NCBI GenBank assembly: GCA_945861955.1
Contig: CAMAWJ010000002.1
Span: forward strand, 1-44,222
Direction of reading: 5' to 3'
From: Bifidobacterium breve
GTDB taxonomy: Bacteria; Actinomycetota; Thermoleophilia; Gaiellales; F1-60-MAGs149
Length of the DNA stretch: 44,222 bases
The notes under the pieces are model-generated. The model was given only the letters and a program-made list of their open reading frames with translations, was not told the DNA's origin and made no database searches. Both the position numbers and the translations under genes were made by a program. This document shows, piece after piece, positions 19,019 through 27,037 of this stretch. Position 1 is the stretch's first letter; each line of letters begins with the position of its first letter.

Positions 19019-20050
19019 CTAGAAGAGCTGGTTCTCGCCGTCGAAGAGGTTCGAGACGGAGCCCTCGCGGAAGACCTCTTCGATCGTCTGCGCCAAGATT
19101 GCGTCGACGGGGAGCACGCGGATGCGGCTGTCGACGGCGCTCGGGTGGATCGGCACGGTGTCGCAGACGACCACTTCGTGGAGGACGGAGTCCTTGATGC
19201 GTTGAAGCGCTGGCTCCGACAAGATCGCGTGAGTCGCGCAGGCCACAACCTGCGTCGCGCCGGCCTGGTGGACGGCTTCGGCGCCTGCGCAGAGCGTGCC
19301 GGCGGTGTCGATGATGTCGTCGGAGATGATCGCCTTCTTGCCCGCCACGTCGCCGATGATGGCGGCGACGCGCGCCTTGCCATGTTCGGGCCGCAGCTTG
19401 GCGATGATCGCGACGTCGGCGTCGAGCATCTCTGCGAAGCGCGTGGCCAGCTTGGCGCGGCCCGCATCTGCCGAGACGACGACGGTGCCTTCTCCGCACA
19501 GGCCCATGTCGCGGAAGTGGCGCGCAAACATCGGCAGCGCCGTCATGTGATCGACGGGGCCGTCAAAGAAGCCTTGGACTTGGCCGGCGTGAAGATCCAT
19601 CGTCAGGACGCGATCGATGCCGGACGCGCGTAGCAGCGTGGCGACGAGGCGGGCGGTGATGGGCTCGCGCGGCGCAGACTTCTTGTCTTGGCGCGCATAC
19701 GGGTACCACGGGATGACCGCCGTGACGCGCTTGGCCGAGCCGAGGATGGCCGCGTCGGCCATGATCATCAGTTCCATCAGGTTGCGATTGACGGGGTTGA
19801 CGCAGCTCTGCACGAGGAAGACGTCGGCCCCGCGGACAGACTCTTCGAAGCGCGCGTAGATCTCGCCGTTGGTGAACGTCTTGATCGTCGTCTGGCCGAG
19901 ACCAACACCAAGACGGTCGGAGATGCGCTGCGCGAGGTCTTGATTCGAGCGGCCCGAGAAGATCATCAGACGCTTGCTGGGCGAATGCTCGAATGACGCC
20001 AGTGGAGTGGTCGCTTCGGAGGTAACCTCGAACAACTTGGAATCAGGCAT
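19019..20050 (-). CDS. prs: Ribose-phosphate pyrophosphokinase
   Basis: RLMIFSGRSNQDLAQRIS..., DLHAGQVQGFF, and the PRPP loop KKAIISDDIIDTAGT. The start MPDSKLF has a GAGGAAG RBS and overlaps the glmU stop by 8 nt. The ORF-track extension to 20149 is rejected. Confidence 0.95.
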   Translation of the reverse strand: MPDSKLFEVTSEATTPLASFEHSPSKRLMIFSGRSNQDLAQRISDRLGVGLGQTTIKTFTNGEIYARFEESVRGADVFLVQSCVNPVNRNLMELMIMADAAILGSAKRVTAVIPWYPYARQDKKSAPREPITARLVATLLRASGIDRVLTMDLHAGQVQGFFDGPVDHMTALPMFARHFRDMGLCGEGTVVVSADAGRAKLATRFAEMLDADVAIIAKLRPEHGKARVAAIIGDVAGKKAIISDDIIDTAGTLCAGAEAVHQAGATQVVACATHAILSEPALQRIKDSVLHEVVVCDTVPIHPSAVDSRIRVLPVDAILAQTIEEVFREGSVSNLFDGENQLF

Positions 20051-21383
20051 CGCGCTTCCTCTTCGCATAGTGCTCTTTGATGACTTGGCGTGCTCGGGCG
20101 ATGCCGAGCGCGCCTGCCGGTACATCATCGGTGATGATGGACCCGGCACCGGTCACTGCATCGTCACCGAGCTCGACGGGGGCCACGAAAACCGTGTCCG
20201 AACCGGTCCGAACGCGGTCGCCAATCGTCGTCTGATGCTTGTTCGTACCGTCGTAGTTGGCAGTGATGTTGCCGGCGCCGATGTTGGAATCCTCGCCGAC
20301 CGTGGCGTCGCCAACGTAGGAGAGGTGGGGAATCTTGCTGCGTGCACCGAGCGTCGTGTTCTTCGTCTCGGCGAAGGCGCCGACGCGCGCATCGGCGTGG
20401 AGGTGCGTGCCAGCACGTAGGTGCGCGAAGGGCCCGGCCTGTGCGCCGGAGTCGAGCACCGCGTCGGTCAGGACGCTGTGGGGTCCGGCTTCGGCGCCCG
20501 CGGCAAGGCTCGTCGTGCCGCGCAAAATCGTGAAGGGGTGGACGACGCAGTCGGGGGCCAGCGTGACGGTCGCGTCGATGTAGGTCGTGGCCGGGTCGAC
20601 GATGCCCGCACCGGCCAGGAGATGCTGTTCGACGATGCGGGTGCGCAAGAGTTCGGCGGCCTCGGCCAATTCGACCCGCGTATTGACGCCGAGCAGCAGC
20701 GACGCGTCGGTGACTTCGGCGGCGCGCACCGCGAGCCCGGCGGCGGCAATCGCAGGCACCACATCGGGCAGGTAGTACTCGCCCTGCGCATTGTCGTTCG
20801 TCAGTCCGGCGAGCGTGAGGCGGAGTGCATCAGCGTCAAACACGTAGAGACCCGCGTTGGCCTCGGTCACCTCGAGCTCGGCGGCGGTCGCATCCTTGGC
20901 CTCGACGATGCGAATGCCGGCGTCGGAACGCAGCACGCGGCCGTAGCCACCCGGCTCGGCGACCCGGAAGGTCGCGGCGGTACCAGCCGCGCCACTCTCG
21001 ACATGGGCGGCGAGCAGGTCGTTGAGCAGTTCCGCCGTCAGCAGCGGCGTGTCGCCCGAGACGATCAAGACATCGCCGGCAAACCCTTCGAGGGCTGGCA
21101 CGGCGCAGCGCACAGCGTCGCCCGTGCCGAGTTGGTCGGGCTGGACCACGATCGCGGCGTCACCAACGACAGCGGCAACGGCGTCGGCCTCGGTCGGCGG
21201 AACGACGACGACGATCCGGTCCGCACCCGCCTCACGGACGGCGGCGAGCACCCAGCCAAGCAGCGGGCGACCCCAGATCGGATGCAGCACCTTTGGCAGA
21301 GCAGAGCGCATGCGCGTGCCCTTGCCACCGGCCATCACGATGCAGGCGAGAGGACGAGCAGGGGTGGCAGTAGGGCGCGACAT
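20043..21383 (-). CDS. glmU: Bifunctional UDP-N-acetylglucosamine pyrophosphorylase / glucosamine-1-phosphate N-acetyltransferase
   Basis: N-terminal nucleotidyltransferase motif MAGGKGTRM, a C-terminal left-handed beta-helix hexapeptide-repeat region (IGEDSNIGAGNITANYDG), 446 aa, and a position upstream of prs. Confidence 0.95.
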   Translation of the reverse strand: MSRPTATPARPLACIVMAGGKGTRMRSALPKVLHPIWGRPLLGWVLAAVREAGADRIVVVVPPTEADAVAAVVGDAAIVVQPDQLGTGDAVRCAVPALEGFAGDVLIVSGDTPLLTAELLNDLLAAHVESGAAGTAATFRVAEPGGYGRVLRSDAGIRIVEAKDATAAELEVTEANAGLYVFDADALRLTLAGLTNDNAQGEYYLPDVVPAIAAAGLAVRAAEVTDASLLLGVNTRVELAEAAELLRTRIVEQHLLAGAGIVDPATTYIDATVTLAPDCVVHPFTILRGTTSLAAGAEAGPHSVLTDAVLDSGAQAGPFAHLRAGTHLHADARVGAFAETKNTTLGARSKIPHLSYVGDATVGEDSNIGAGNITANYDGTNKHQTTIGDRVRTGSDTVFVAPVELGDDAVTGAGSIITDDVPAGALGIARARQVIKEHYAKRKRDA

Positions 21384-21406
21384 CCGGCCTACCCGACTTT
21401 AGTCCG

Positions 21407-21874
21407 TCAATCGGCAGACGTGCTGTTGGCTGCGACGATGGCGGCTTTGAGGTCCGCGGTCGAGAGGAACGTCAGGCCGAGCGTCGCGTCGTGGCGAAAG
21501 CGAATCACGCCCTCGCCGTCGATCACGAAGGTCGTGCGCTTCGTACCGATAATCGGCGCCTTGGCACCGTAGAGCGCGGCGACGCTGCGGTCGGGGTCGG
21601 CGAGCAGCGGGATCGTCAGCCCGTACTTGGCGGTGAAGGACTCCTTCGAGGCGAGATTTTTGCCCGAGATGCCCACGATCGTCGCGTCGAGATCGGCGAA
21701 CTCGGCCCACTCGTCGCGATACGTGCACAACTGCTTGGTGCAGACCTTCGTGTCGTCACCGGGATAGAACACCAGCGCGACGGTCTTCCCGCGATGCTCG
21801 GCAAGACGAAACGTGCCGTTCGTAGCTGCAAGTGCGAAGTCGGGTGCGGTGTCGCCGACAGTGGGGCTGGCCAT
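21407..21874 (-). CDS. bcp: Peroxiredoxin, Bcp (AhpC/TSA family thiol peroxidase)
   Basis: GDTAPDF...VALVFYPGDDTKVCTKQLC: the peroxidatic Cys has a second Cys five residues later, as in Bcp/PrxQ. 155 aa. GGAGG RBS. Confidence 0.92.
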   Translation of the reverse strand: MASPTVGDTAPDFALAATNGTFRLAEHRGKTVALVFYPGDDTKVCTKQLCTYRDEWAEFADLDATIVGISGKNLASKESFTAKYGLTIPLLADPDRSVAALYGAKAPIIGTKRTTFVIDGEGVIRFRHDATLGLTFLSTADLKAAIVAANSTSAD

Positions 21875-21936
21875 GAGGAACCTCCGGAGGGGTGCGCTTT
21901 GATCTTCGCACGCTTTGTGATCTTGGCTCCCCTGAT

Positions 21937-21967
21937 TGTCCAGATCGGGCCTGACCCCTTCTGGACA
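21937..21967. repeat. 31-nt stem-loop element TGTCCAGATCGGGCCTGACCCCTTCTGGACA, second member of the family seen at 11003..11033
   Basis: 8-bp stem TGTCCAGA/TCTGGACA around a GGGCCTGACCCC core. It has the same length, ends and orientation as 11003..11033, with three compensatory stem changes. Confidence 0.6.
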
Positions 21968-22078
21968 TTGAGTGGGGTCAGACCGCTTCGGGGATGCGCT
22001 TCGGGGGCAGACCCCTTGGGCGGAGTGGGGTTAGACCCCTCCCGCGCATGCGATGCATGCGCTTCAGGGTCAGACCCC
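21946..22078. repeat. Array of five degenerate copies of the 13-nt dyad motif GGGGTCAGACCCC (left half-junction)
   Basis: Copies at 21946..21958, 21974..21986, 22003..22015, 22027..22039 and 22066..22078. An embedded 24-nt direct repeat (21994..22017 vs 22057..22080) is 22/24 identical. Confidence 0.8.
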
Positions 22079-22144
22079 TTAGACAGGGTTGTTGGGGGGT
22101 TGGGGTCCCCCGGGGGACCCCAACCCCCCAACAACCCTGTCTAA

Positions 22145-22277
22145 GGGGTCTGACCCTGAAGCGCATGCATCGCATGCGCGGGAGGGGTCTAACCCCACTC
22201 CGCCCAAGGGGTCTGCCCCCGAAGCGCATCCCCGAAGCGGTCTGACCCCACTCAATGTCCAGAAGGGGTCAGGCCCG
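22145..22277. repeat. Mirror copy of the five-copy 13-nt dyad motif array (right half-junction)
   Basis: Exact reverse complement of 21946..22078. Confidence 0.8.
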
Positions 22278-22286
22278 ATCTGGACA
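22256..22286. repeat. Mirror copy of the 31-nt stem-loop element
   Basis: Exact reverse complement of 21937..21967 (TGTCCAGAAGGGGTCAGGCCCGATCTGGACA). Confidence 0.6.
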
Positions 22287-22348
22287 ATCAGGGGAGCCAA
22301 GATCACAAAGCGTGCGAAGATCAAAGCGCACCCCTCCGGAGGTTCCTC

Positions 22349-22816
22349 ATGGCCAGCCCCACTGTCGGCGACACCGCACCCGACTTCGCACTTGCAGCTA
22401 CGAACGGCACGTTTCGTCTTGCCGAGCATCGCGGGAAGACCGTCGCGCTGGTGTTCTATCCCGGTGACGACACGAAGGTCTGCACCAAGCAGTTGTGCAC
22501 GTATCGCGACGAGTGGGCCGAGTTCGCCGATCTCGACGCGACGATCGTGGGCATCTCGGGCAAAAATCTCGCCTCGAAGGAGTCCTTCACCGCCAAGTAC
22601 GGGCTGACGATCCCGCTGCTCGCCGACCCCGACCGCAGCGTCGCCGCGCTCTACGGTGCCAAGGCGCCGATTATCGGTACGAAGCGCACGACCTTCGTGA
22701 TCGACGGCGAGGGCGTGATTCGCTTTCGCCACGACGCGACGCTCGGCCTGACGTTCCTCTCGACCGCGGACCTCAAAGCCGCCATCGTCGCAGCCAACAG
22801 CACGTCTGCCGATTGA
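22349..22816 (+). CDS. bcp: Peroxiredoxin Bcp (mirror copy)
   Basis: Exact reverse-complement copy of 21407..21874 with identical translation. ATG at 22349, GGAGG at 22338..22342. Confidence 0.92.
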   Translation: MASPTVGDTAPDFALAATNGTFRLAEHRGKTVALVFYPGDDTKVCTKQLCTYRDEWAEFADLDATIVGISGKNLASKESFTAKYGLTIPLLADPDRSVAALYGAKAPIIGTKRTTFVIDGEGVIRFRHDATLGLTFLSTADLKAAIVAANSTSAD

Positions 22817-22839
22817 CGGACTAAAGTCGGGTAGGCCGG

Positions 22840-24180
22840 ATGTCGCGCCCTACTGCCACCCCTGCTCGTCCTCTCGCCTGCATCGTGATGGCCGGTGGCA
22901 AGGGCACGCGCATGCGCTCTGCTCTGCCAAAGGTGCTGCATCCGATCTGGGGTCGCCCGCTGCTTGGCTGGGTGCTCGCCGCCGTCCGTGAGGCGGGTGC
23001 GGACCGGATCGTCGTCGTCGTTCCGCCGACCGAGGCCGACGCCGTTGCCGCTGTCGTTGGTGACGCCGCGATCGTGGTCCAGCCCGACCAACTCGGCACG
23101 GGCGACGCTGTGCGCTGCGCCGTGCCAGCCCTCGAAGGGTTTGCCGGCGATGTCTTGATCGTCTCGGGCGACACGCCGCTGCTGACGGCGGAACTGCTCA
23201 ACGACCTGCTCGCCGCCCATGTCGAGAGTGGCGCGGCTGGTACCGCCGCGACCTTCCGGGTCGCCGAGCCGGGTGGCTACGGCCGCGTGCTGCGTTCCGA
23301 CGCCGGCATTCGCATCGTCGAGGCCAAGGATGCGACCGCCGCCGAGCTCGAGGTGACCGAGGCCAACGCGGGTCTCTACGTGTTTGACGCTGATGCACTC
23401 CGCCTCACGCTCGCCGGACTGACGAACGACAATGCGCAGGGCGAGTACTACCTGCCCGATGTGGTGCCTGCGATTGCCGCCGCCGGGCTCGCGGTGCGCG
23501 CCGCCGAAGTCACCGACGCGTCGCTGCTGCTCGGCGTCAATACGCGGGTCGAATTGGCCGAGGCCGCCGAACTCTTGCGCACCCGCATCGTCGAACAGCA
23601 TCTCCTGGCCGGTGCGGGCATCGTCGACCCGGCCACGACCTACATCGACGCGACCGTCACGCTGGCCCCCGACTGCGTCGTCCACCCCTTCACGATTTTG
23701 CGCGGCACGACGAGCCTTGCCGCGGGCGCCGAAGCCGGACCCCACAGCGTCCTGACCGACGCGGTGCTCGACTCCGGCGCACAGGCCGGGCCCTTCGCGC
23801 ACCTACGTGCTGGCACGCACCTCCACGCCGATGCGCGCGTCGGCGCCTTCGCCGAGACGAAGAACACGACGCTCGGTGCACGCAGCAAGATTCCCCACCT
23901 CTCCTACGTTGGCGACGCCACGGTCGGCGAGGATTCCAACATCGGCGCCGGCAACATCACTGCCAACTACGACGGTACGAACAAGCATCAGACGACGATT
24001 GGCGACCGCGTTCGGACCGGTTCGGACACGGTTTTCGTGGCCCCCGTCGAGCTCGGTGACGATGCAGTGACCGGTGCCGGGTCCATCATCACCGATGATG
24101 TACCGGCAGGCGCGCTCGGCATCGCCCGAGCACGCCAAGTCATCAAAGAGCACTATGCGAAGAGGAAGCGCGATGCCTGA
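22840..24180 (+). CDS. glmU: Bifunctional GlmU (mirror copy)
   Basis: Exact reverse-complement copy of 20043..21383 with identical translation. Confidence 0.95.
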   Translation: MSRPTATPARPLACIVMAGGKGTRMRSALPKVLHPIWGRPLLGWVLAAVREAGADRIVVVVPPTEADAVAAVVGDAAIVVQPDQLGTGDAVRCAVPALEGFAGDVLIVSGDTPLLTAELLNDLLAAHVESGAAGTAATFRVAEPGGYGRVLRSDAGIRIVEAKDATAAELEVTEANAGLYVFDADALRLTLAGLTNDNAQGEYYLPDVVPAIAAAGLAVRAAEVTDASLLLGVNTRVELAEAAELLRTRIVEQHLLAGAGIVDPATTYIDATVTLAPDCVVHPFTILRGTTSLAAGAEAGPHSVLTDAVLDSGAQAGPFAHLRAGTHLHADARVGAFAETKNTTLGARSKIPHLSYVGDATVGEDSNIGAGNITANYDGTNKHQTTIGDRVRTGSDTVFVAPVELGDDAVTGAGSIITDDVPAGALGIARARQVIKEHYAKRKRDA

Positions 24181-25204
24181 TTCCAAGTTGTTCGAGGTTA
24201 CCTCCGAAGCGACCACTCCACTGGCGTCATTCGAGCATTCGCCCAGCAAGCGTCTGATGATCTTCTCGGGCCGCTCGAATCAAGACCTCGCGCAGCGCAT
24301 CTCCGACCGTCTTGGTGTTGGTCTCGGCCAGACGACGATCAAGACGTTCACCAACGGCGAGATCTACGCGCGCTTCGAAGAGTCTGTCCGCGGGGCCGAC
24401 GTCTTCCTCGTGCAGAGCTGCGTCAACCCCGTCAATCGCAACCTGATGGAACTGATGATCATGGCCGACGCGGCCATCCTCGGCTCGGCCAAGCGCGTCA
24501 CGGCGGTCATCCCGTGGTACCCGTATGCGCGCCAAGACAAGAAGTCTGCGCCGCGCGAGCCCATCACCGCCCGCCTCGTCGCCACGCTGCTACGCGCGTC
24601 CGGCATCGATCGCGTCCTGACGATGGATCTTCACGCCGGCCAAGTCCAAGGCTTCTTTGACGGCCCCGTCGATCACATGACGGCGCTGCCGATGTTTGCG
24701 CGCCACTTCCGCGACATGGGCCTGTGCGGAGAAGGCACCGTCGTCGTCTCGGCAGATGCGGGCCGCGCCAAGCTGGCCACGCGCTTCGCAGAGATGCTCG
24801 ACGCCGACGTCGCGATCATCGCCAAGCTGCGGCCCGAACATGGCAAGGCGCGCGTCGCCGCCATCATCGGCGACGTGGCGGGCAAGAAGGCGATCATCTC
24901 CGACGACATCATCGACACCGCCGGCACGCTCTGCGCAGGCGCCGAAGCCGTCCACCAGGCCGGCGCGACGCAGGTTGTGGCCTGCGCGACTCACGCGATC
25001 TTGTCGGAGCCAGCGCTTCAACGCATCAAGGACTCCGTCCTCCACGAAGTGGTCGTCTGCGACACCGTGCCGATCCACCCGAGCGCCGTCGACAGCCGCA
25101 TCCGCGTGCTCCCCGTCGACGCAATCTTGGCGCAGACGATCGAAGAGGTCTTCCGCGAGGGCTCCGTCTCGAACCTCTTCGACGGCGAGAACCAGCTCTT
25201 CTAG
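24173..25204 (+). CDS. prs: Ribose-phosphate pyrophosphokinase (mirror copy)
   Basis: Exact reverse-complement copy of 19019..20050. ATG at 24173 overlaps the glmU stop at 24178..24180. Confidence 0.95.
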   Translation: MPDSKLFEVTSEATTPLASFEHSPSKRLMIFSGRSNQDLAQRISDRLGVGLGQTTIKTFTNGEIYARFEESVRGADVFLVQSCVNPVNRNLMELMIMADAAILGSAKRVTAVIPWYPYARQDKKSAPREPITARLVATLLRASGIDRVLTMDLHAGQVQGFFDGPVDHMTALPMFARHFRDMGLCGEGTVVVSADAGRAKLATRFAEMLDADVAIIAKLRPEHGKARVAAIIGDVAGKKAIISDDIIDTAGTLCAGAEAVHQAGATQVVACATHAILSEPALQRIKDSVLHEVVVCDTVPIHPSAVDSRIRVLPVDAILAQTIEEVFREGSVSNLFDGENQLF

Positions 25205-25281
25205 TCGCCCCACGTGGGCACCCTTACATCGGCGTACCGGGGGCTTGGTGTCGAGTGTGGCTCGCTGGTATGTTGGGCCGC

Positions 25282-26931
25282 ATGACCGAACACACTGATC
25301 TCGACGAAGCCCCCGGCATCAACCGACAGAGCTTCCTCGCCCGTACCGCAGCGGCCGCGGGTGCCCTTGGCCTCGGCGGCCTCGTCGGCCTGCCTGGCAT
25401 TGCGGGGGCCGAAACCAAGGCAGCGCGCAACCTCAACGGCATGAACGTCGTGATGTTCATCACCGACCAAGAGCGTGCGACACAGCACTTCCCAATTGGT
25501 TGGGCACAGAAGAATCTGCCGGGCTTCACGTCGCTCCAGAAGAACGGCATCACGTTTAACAACGCGTTCACGAACGCGTGCATGTGCTCGCCCGCCCGCG
25601 CCACGCTGATGACTGGACTCTTTCCGGCGCAGCACAACGTCACGGCCACGCTCGAAGAGGGCATGCCAGTCGAGGACTACCCGACGCAGATTCCGCTCTC
25701 GACGAACCTCACCAACATCGCCACCGTCATGACGGCGGCCGGTTATCAGGTGATCTACAAGGGCAAGTGGCACATCAGTAAGTACAACCCGGCTGCTGGC
25801 AAGTGGACGCCTGCCGACCTACAGGCCTACGGTTGGCAGCGGTGGAATCCCGACGACGCGGGCGCCGACCAGAGCATCCCCGAGATGGGTGGTGGCCAAG
25901 CGCAGAACGACGCGCGCTACATGGGTGCGGAGACCGATGACTACACGGACGGCAACGAAGGCATCCTGCAGTTCATTCGCTCCGATGCGGCAAAAGAGAA
26001 GCCGTTCTTCCTGATCATCTCGCTCGTCAATCCGCACGACGTGCTGGCCTATCCGAACAACTTCACGAAGGCTGGCTACAGCGACGTGTGGCTGGAAGGC
26101 GACATGCGGATACCGGTCACCAACGATGAGGATCTCTCGACGAAGCCCAATGCGCAGGCCTTCTTTCAAAAGCTCTCGATGGCACTCGGTCCGATTAATA
26201 CGCGCCAGAAGAAGCTCAACTACCTCAACTTCTACGGCAATCTGATCAAGTGGGCCGACGAGTACCTCGTCAACGTGATCGCTGCGCTCAAGGGGGCAAA
26301 ACAGAGGCCCAAGAACGGTTCGAAATATGGCGAGACCCTGTTCGACAACACCGTGATCATCCGCACGTCCGACCACGGCGAGATGGGGCTCACCCACGGC
26401 AACATGATCCAGAAGAGCTTCAACTTCTACGAAGAGACGATTCGGATTCCGATGATTTGGTCGAGCCCGAAGCTGTACAAGCGCGCCTTCCAGACCGACG
26501 CGCTGGTGTCGCACATCGACCTGCTGCCAACCCTCGCCAGCCTCTTCAGCGCGCCGGACTCGGCAAAGGCTGCCTGGCAAGGCGTCGACTACTCGTCGCT
26601 CGTACTCAACCCCAATGCGAAGTCCGTCCAGGACGAGATCATCTTTACCTATGACGACTCACAGTGCGGCCAGGACCAGGGCCCGTACGTTCCGCCGCCG
26701 CAACACATTGTCTCGTTCCGCGAGAAGCGCTGGAAGTTTGCGGAGTACTACGACGCCGACGGCAACGTGCCGAGCCAATTCGAGATGTACGACCTACTGA
26801 CCGACCCACTCGAGCGAGACAACATTGCCCACAGGTCGTACCCTCGGACCCCCGCGCAGAAGCGGCAGTTCAAGCGCCTGTACCTGAAGCTCCAGCGGAT
26901 CAAGTCGACGCGACTCCAGCCGCTGACGTAG
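25282..26931 (+). CDS. Sulfatase family protein, paralogue B (mirror copy)
   Basis: Exact reverse-complement copy of 17292..18941. ATG at 25282; the alternative ATG is at 25270. Confidence 0.9.
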   Translation: MTEHTDLDEAPGINRQSFLARTAAAAGALGLGGLVGLPGIAGAETKAARNLNGMNVVMFITDQERATQHFPIGWAQKNLPGFTSLQKNGITFNNAFTNACMCSPARATLMTGLFPAQHNVTATLEEGMPVEDYPTQIPLSTNLTNIATVMTAAGYQVIYKGKWHISKYNPAAGKWTPADLQAYGWQRWNPDDAGADQSIPEMGGGQAQNDARYMGAETDDYTDGNEGILQFIRSDAAKEKPFFLIISLVNPHDVLAYPNNFTKAGYSDVWLEGDMRIPVTNDEDLSTKPNAQAFFQKLSMALGPINTRQKKLNYLNFYGNLIKWADEYLVNVIAALKGAKQRPKNGSKYGETLFDNTVIIRTSDHGEMGLTHGNMIQKSFNFYEETIRIPMIWSSPKLYKRAFQTDALVSHIDLLPTLASLFSAPDSAKAAWQGVDYSSLVLNPNAKSVQDEIIFTYDDSQCGQDQGPYVPPPQHIVSFREKRWKFAEYYDADGNVPSQFEMYDLLTDPLERDNIAHRSYPRTPAQKRQFKRLYLKLQRIKSTRLQPLT

Positions 26932-26939
26932 GAATGCTC

Positions 26940-26967
26940 GGCTGAGACCACATGGGTGGTCTCAGCC
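26940..26967 (+). terminator. Hairpin between sulfatase genes (mirror copy)
   Basis: Exact reverse complement of 17256..17283: GGCTGAGACCAC-ATGG-GTGGTCTCAGCC. Confidence 0.45.
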
Positions 26968-27037
26968 GACAACTCCGAGAGCATTCCTGCTCACTACCGG
27001 CGGACGCAACAATGTTGTGCCCACTAGACTCCGCTCC

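Noticed and set aside
17292-19499. Long ORF-track versions of real genes: 735-aa sulfatase B, 352-aa secreted protein (to 15845), 376-aa prs (to 20149), 660-aa dnaK (from 2989), 250-aa rplY (to 14778)
   Set aside because: The N-terminal extensions are Arg/Pro-rich, overlap the neighbouring upstream genes and lack homology. Internal starts give canonical N-termini (MTEH..., MPSITPL..., MPDSKLF..., [10 protein letters not shown]..., MSDTTLT...), several of them with RBS motifs.
20421-21572. 383-aa ORF antisense to glmU (mirror 22651..23802), and similar 200-290-aa ORFs antisense to pth/rplY, the sulfatases, prs and clpB
   Set aside because: All overlap well-supported genes on the opposite strand and have Arg/Gly/Asp-rich low-information translations. 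I treat them as GC-driven shadow ORFs.
21978-22245. Two identical 83-aa ORFs (21994..22245 plus, 21978..22229 minus) crossing the axis
   Set aside because: Their identity is a trivial consequence of the palindrome. The translation is an R/P/G-rich read-through of the repeat array, with no RBS. If the junction is artefactual the ORF does not exist at all.
21946-22277. Possible CRISPR array, because of regularly spaced repeats near the axis
   Set aside because: The repeats are only 13 nt long, degenerate and self-complementary. The spacers are 11-26 nt of related sequence. The two halves are mirror images, and no cas genes or leader are present.
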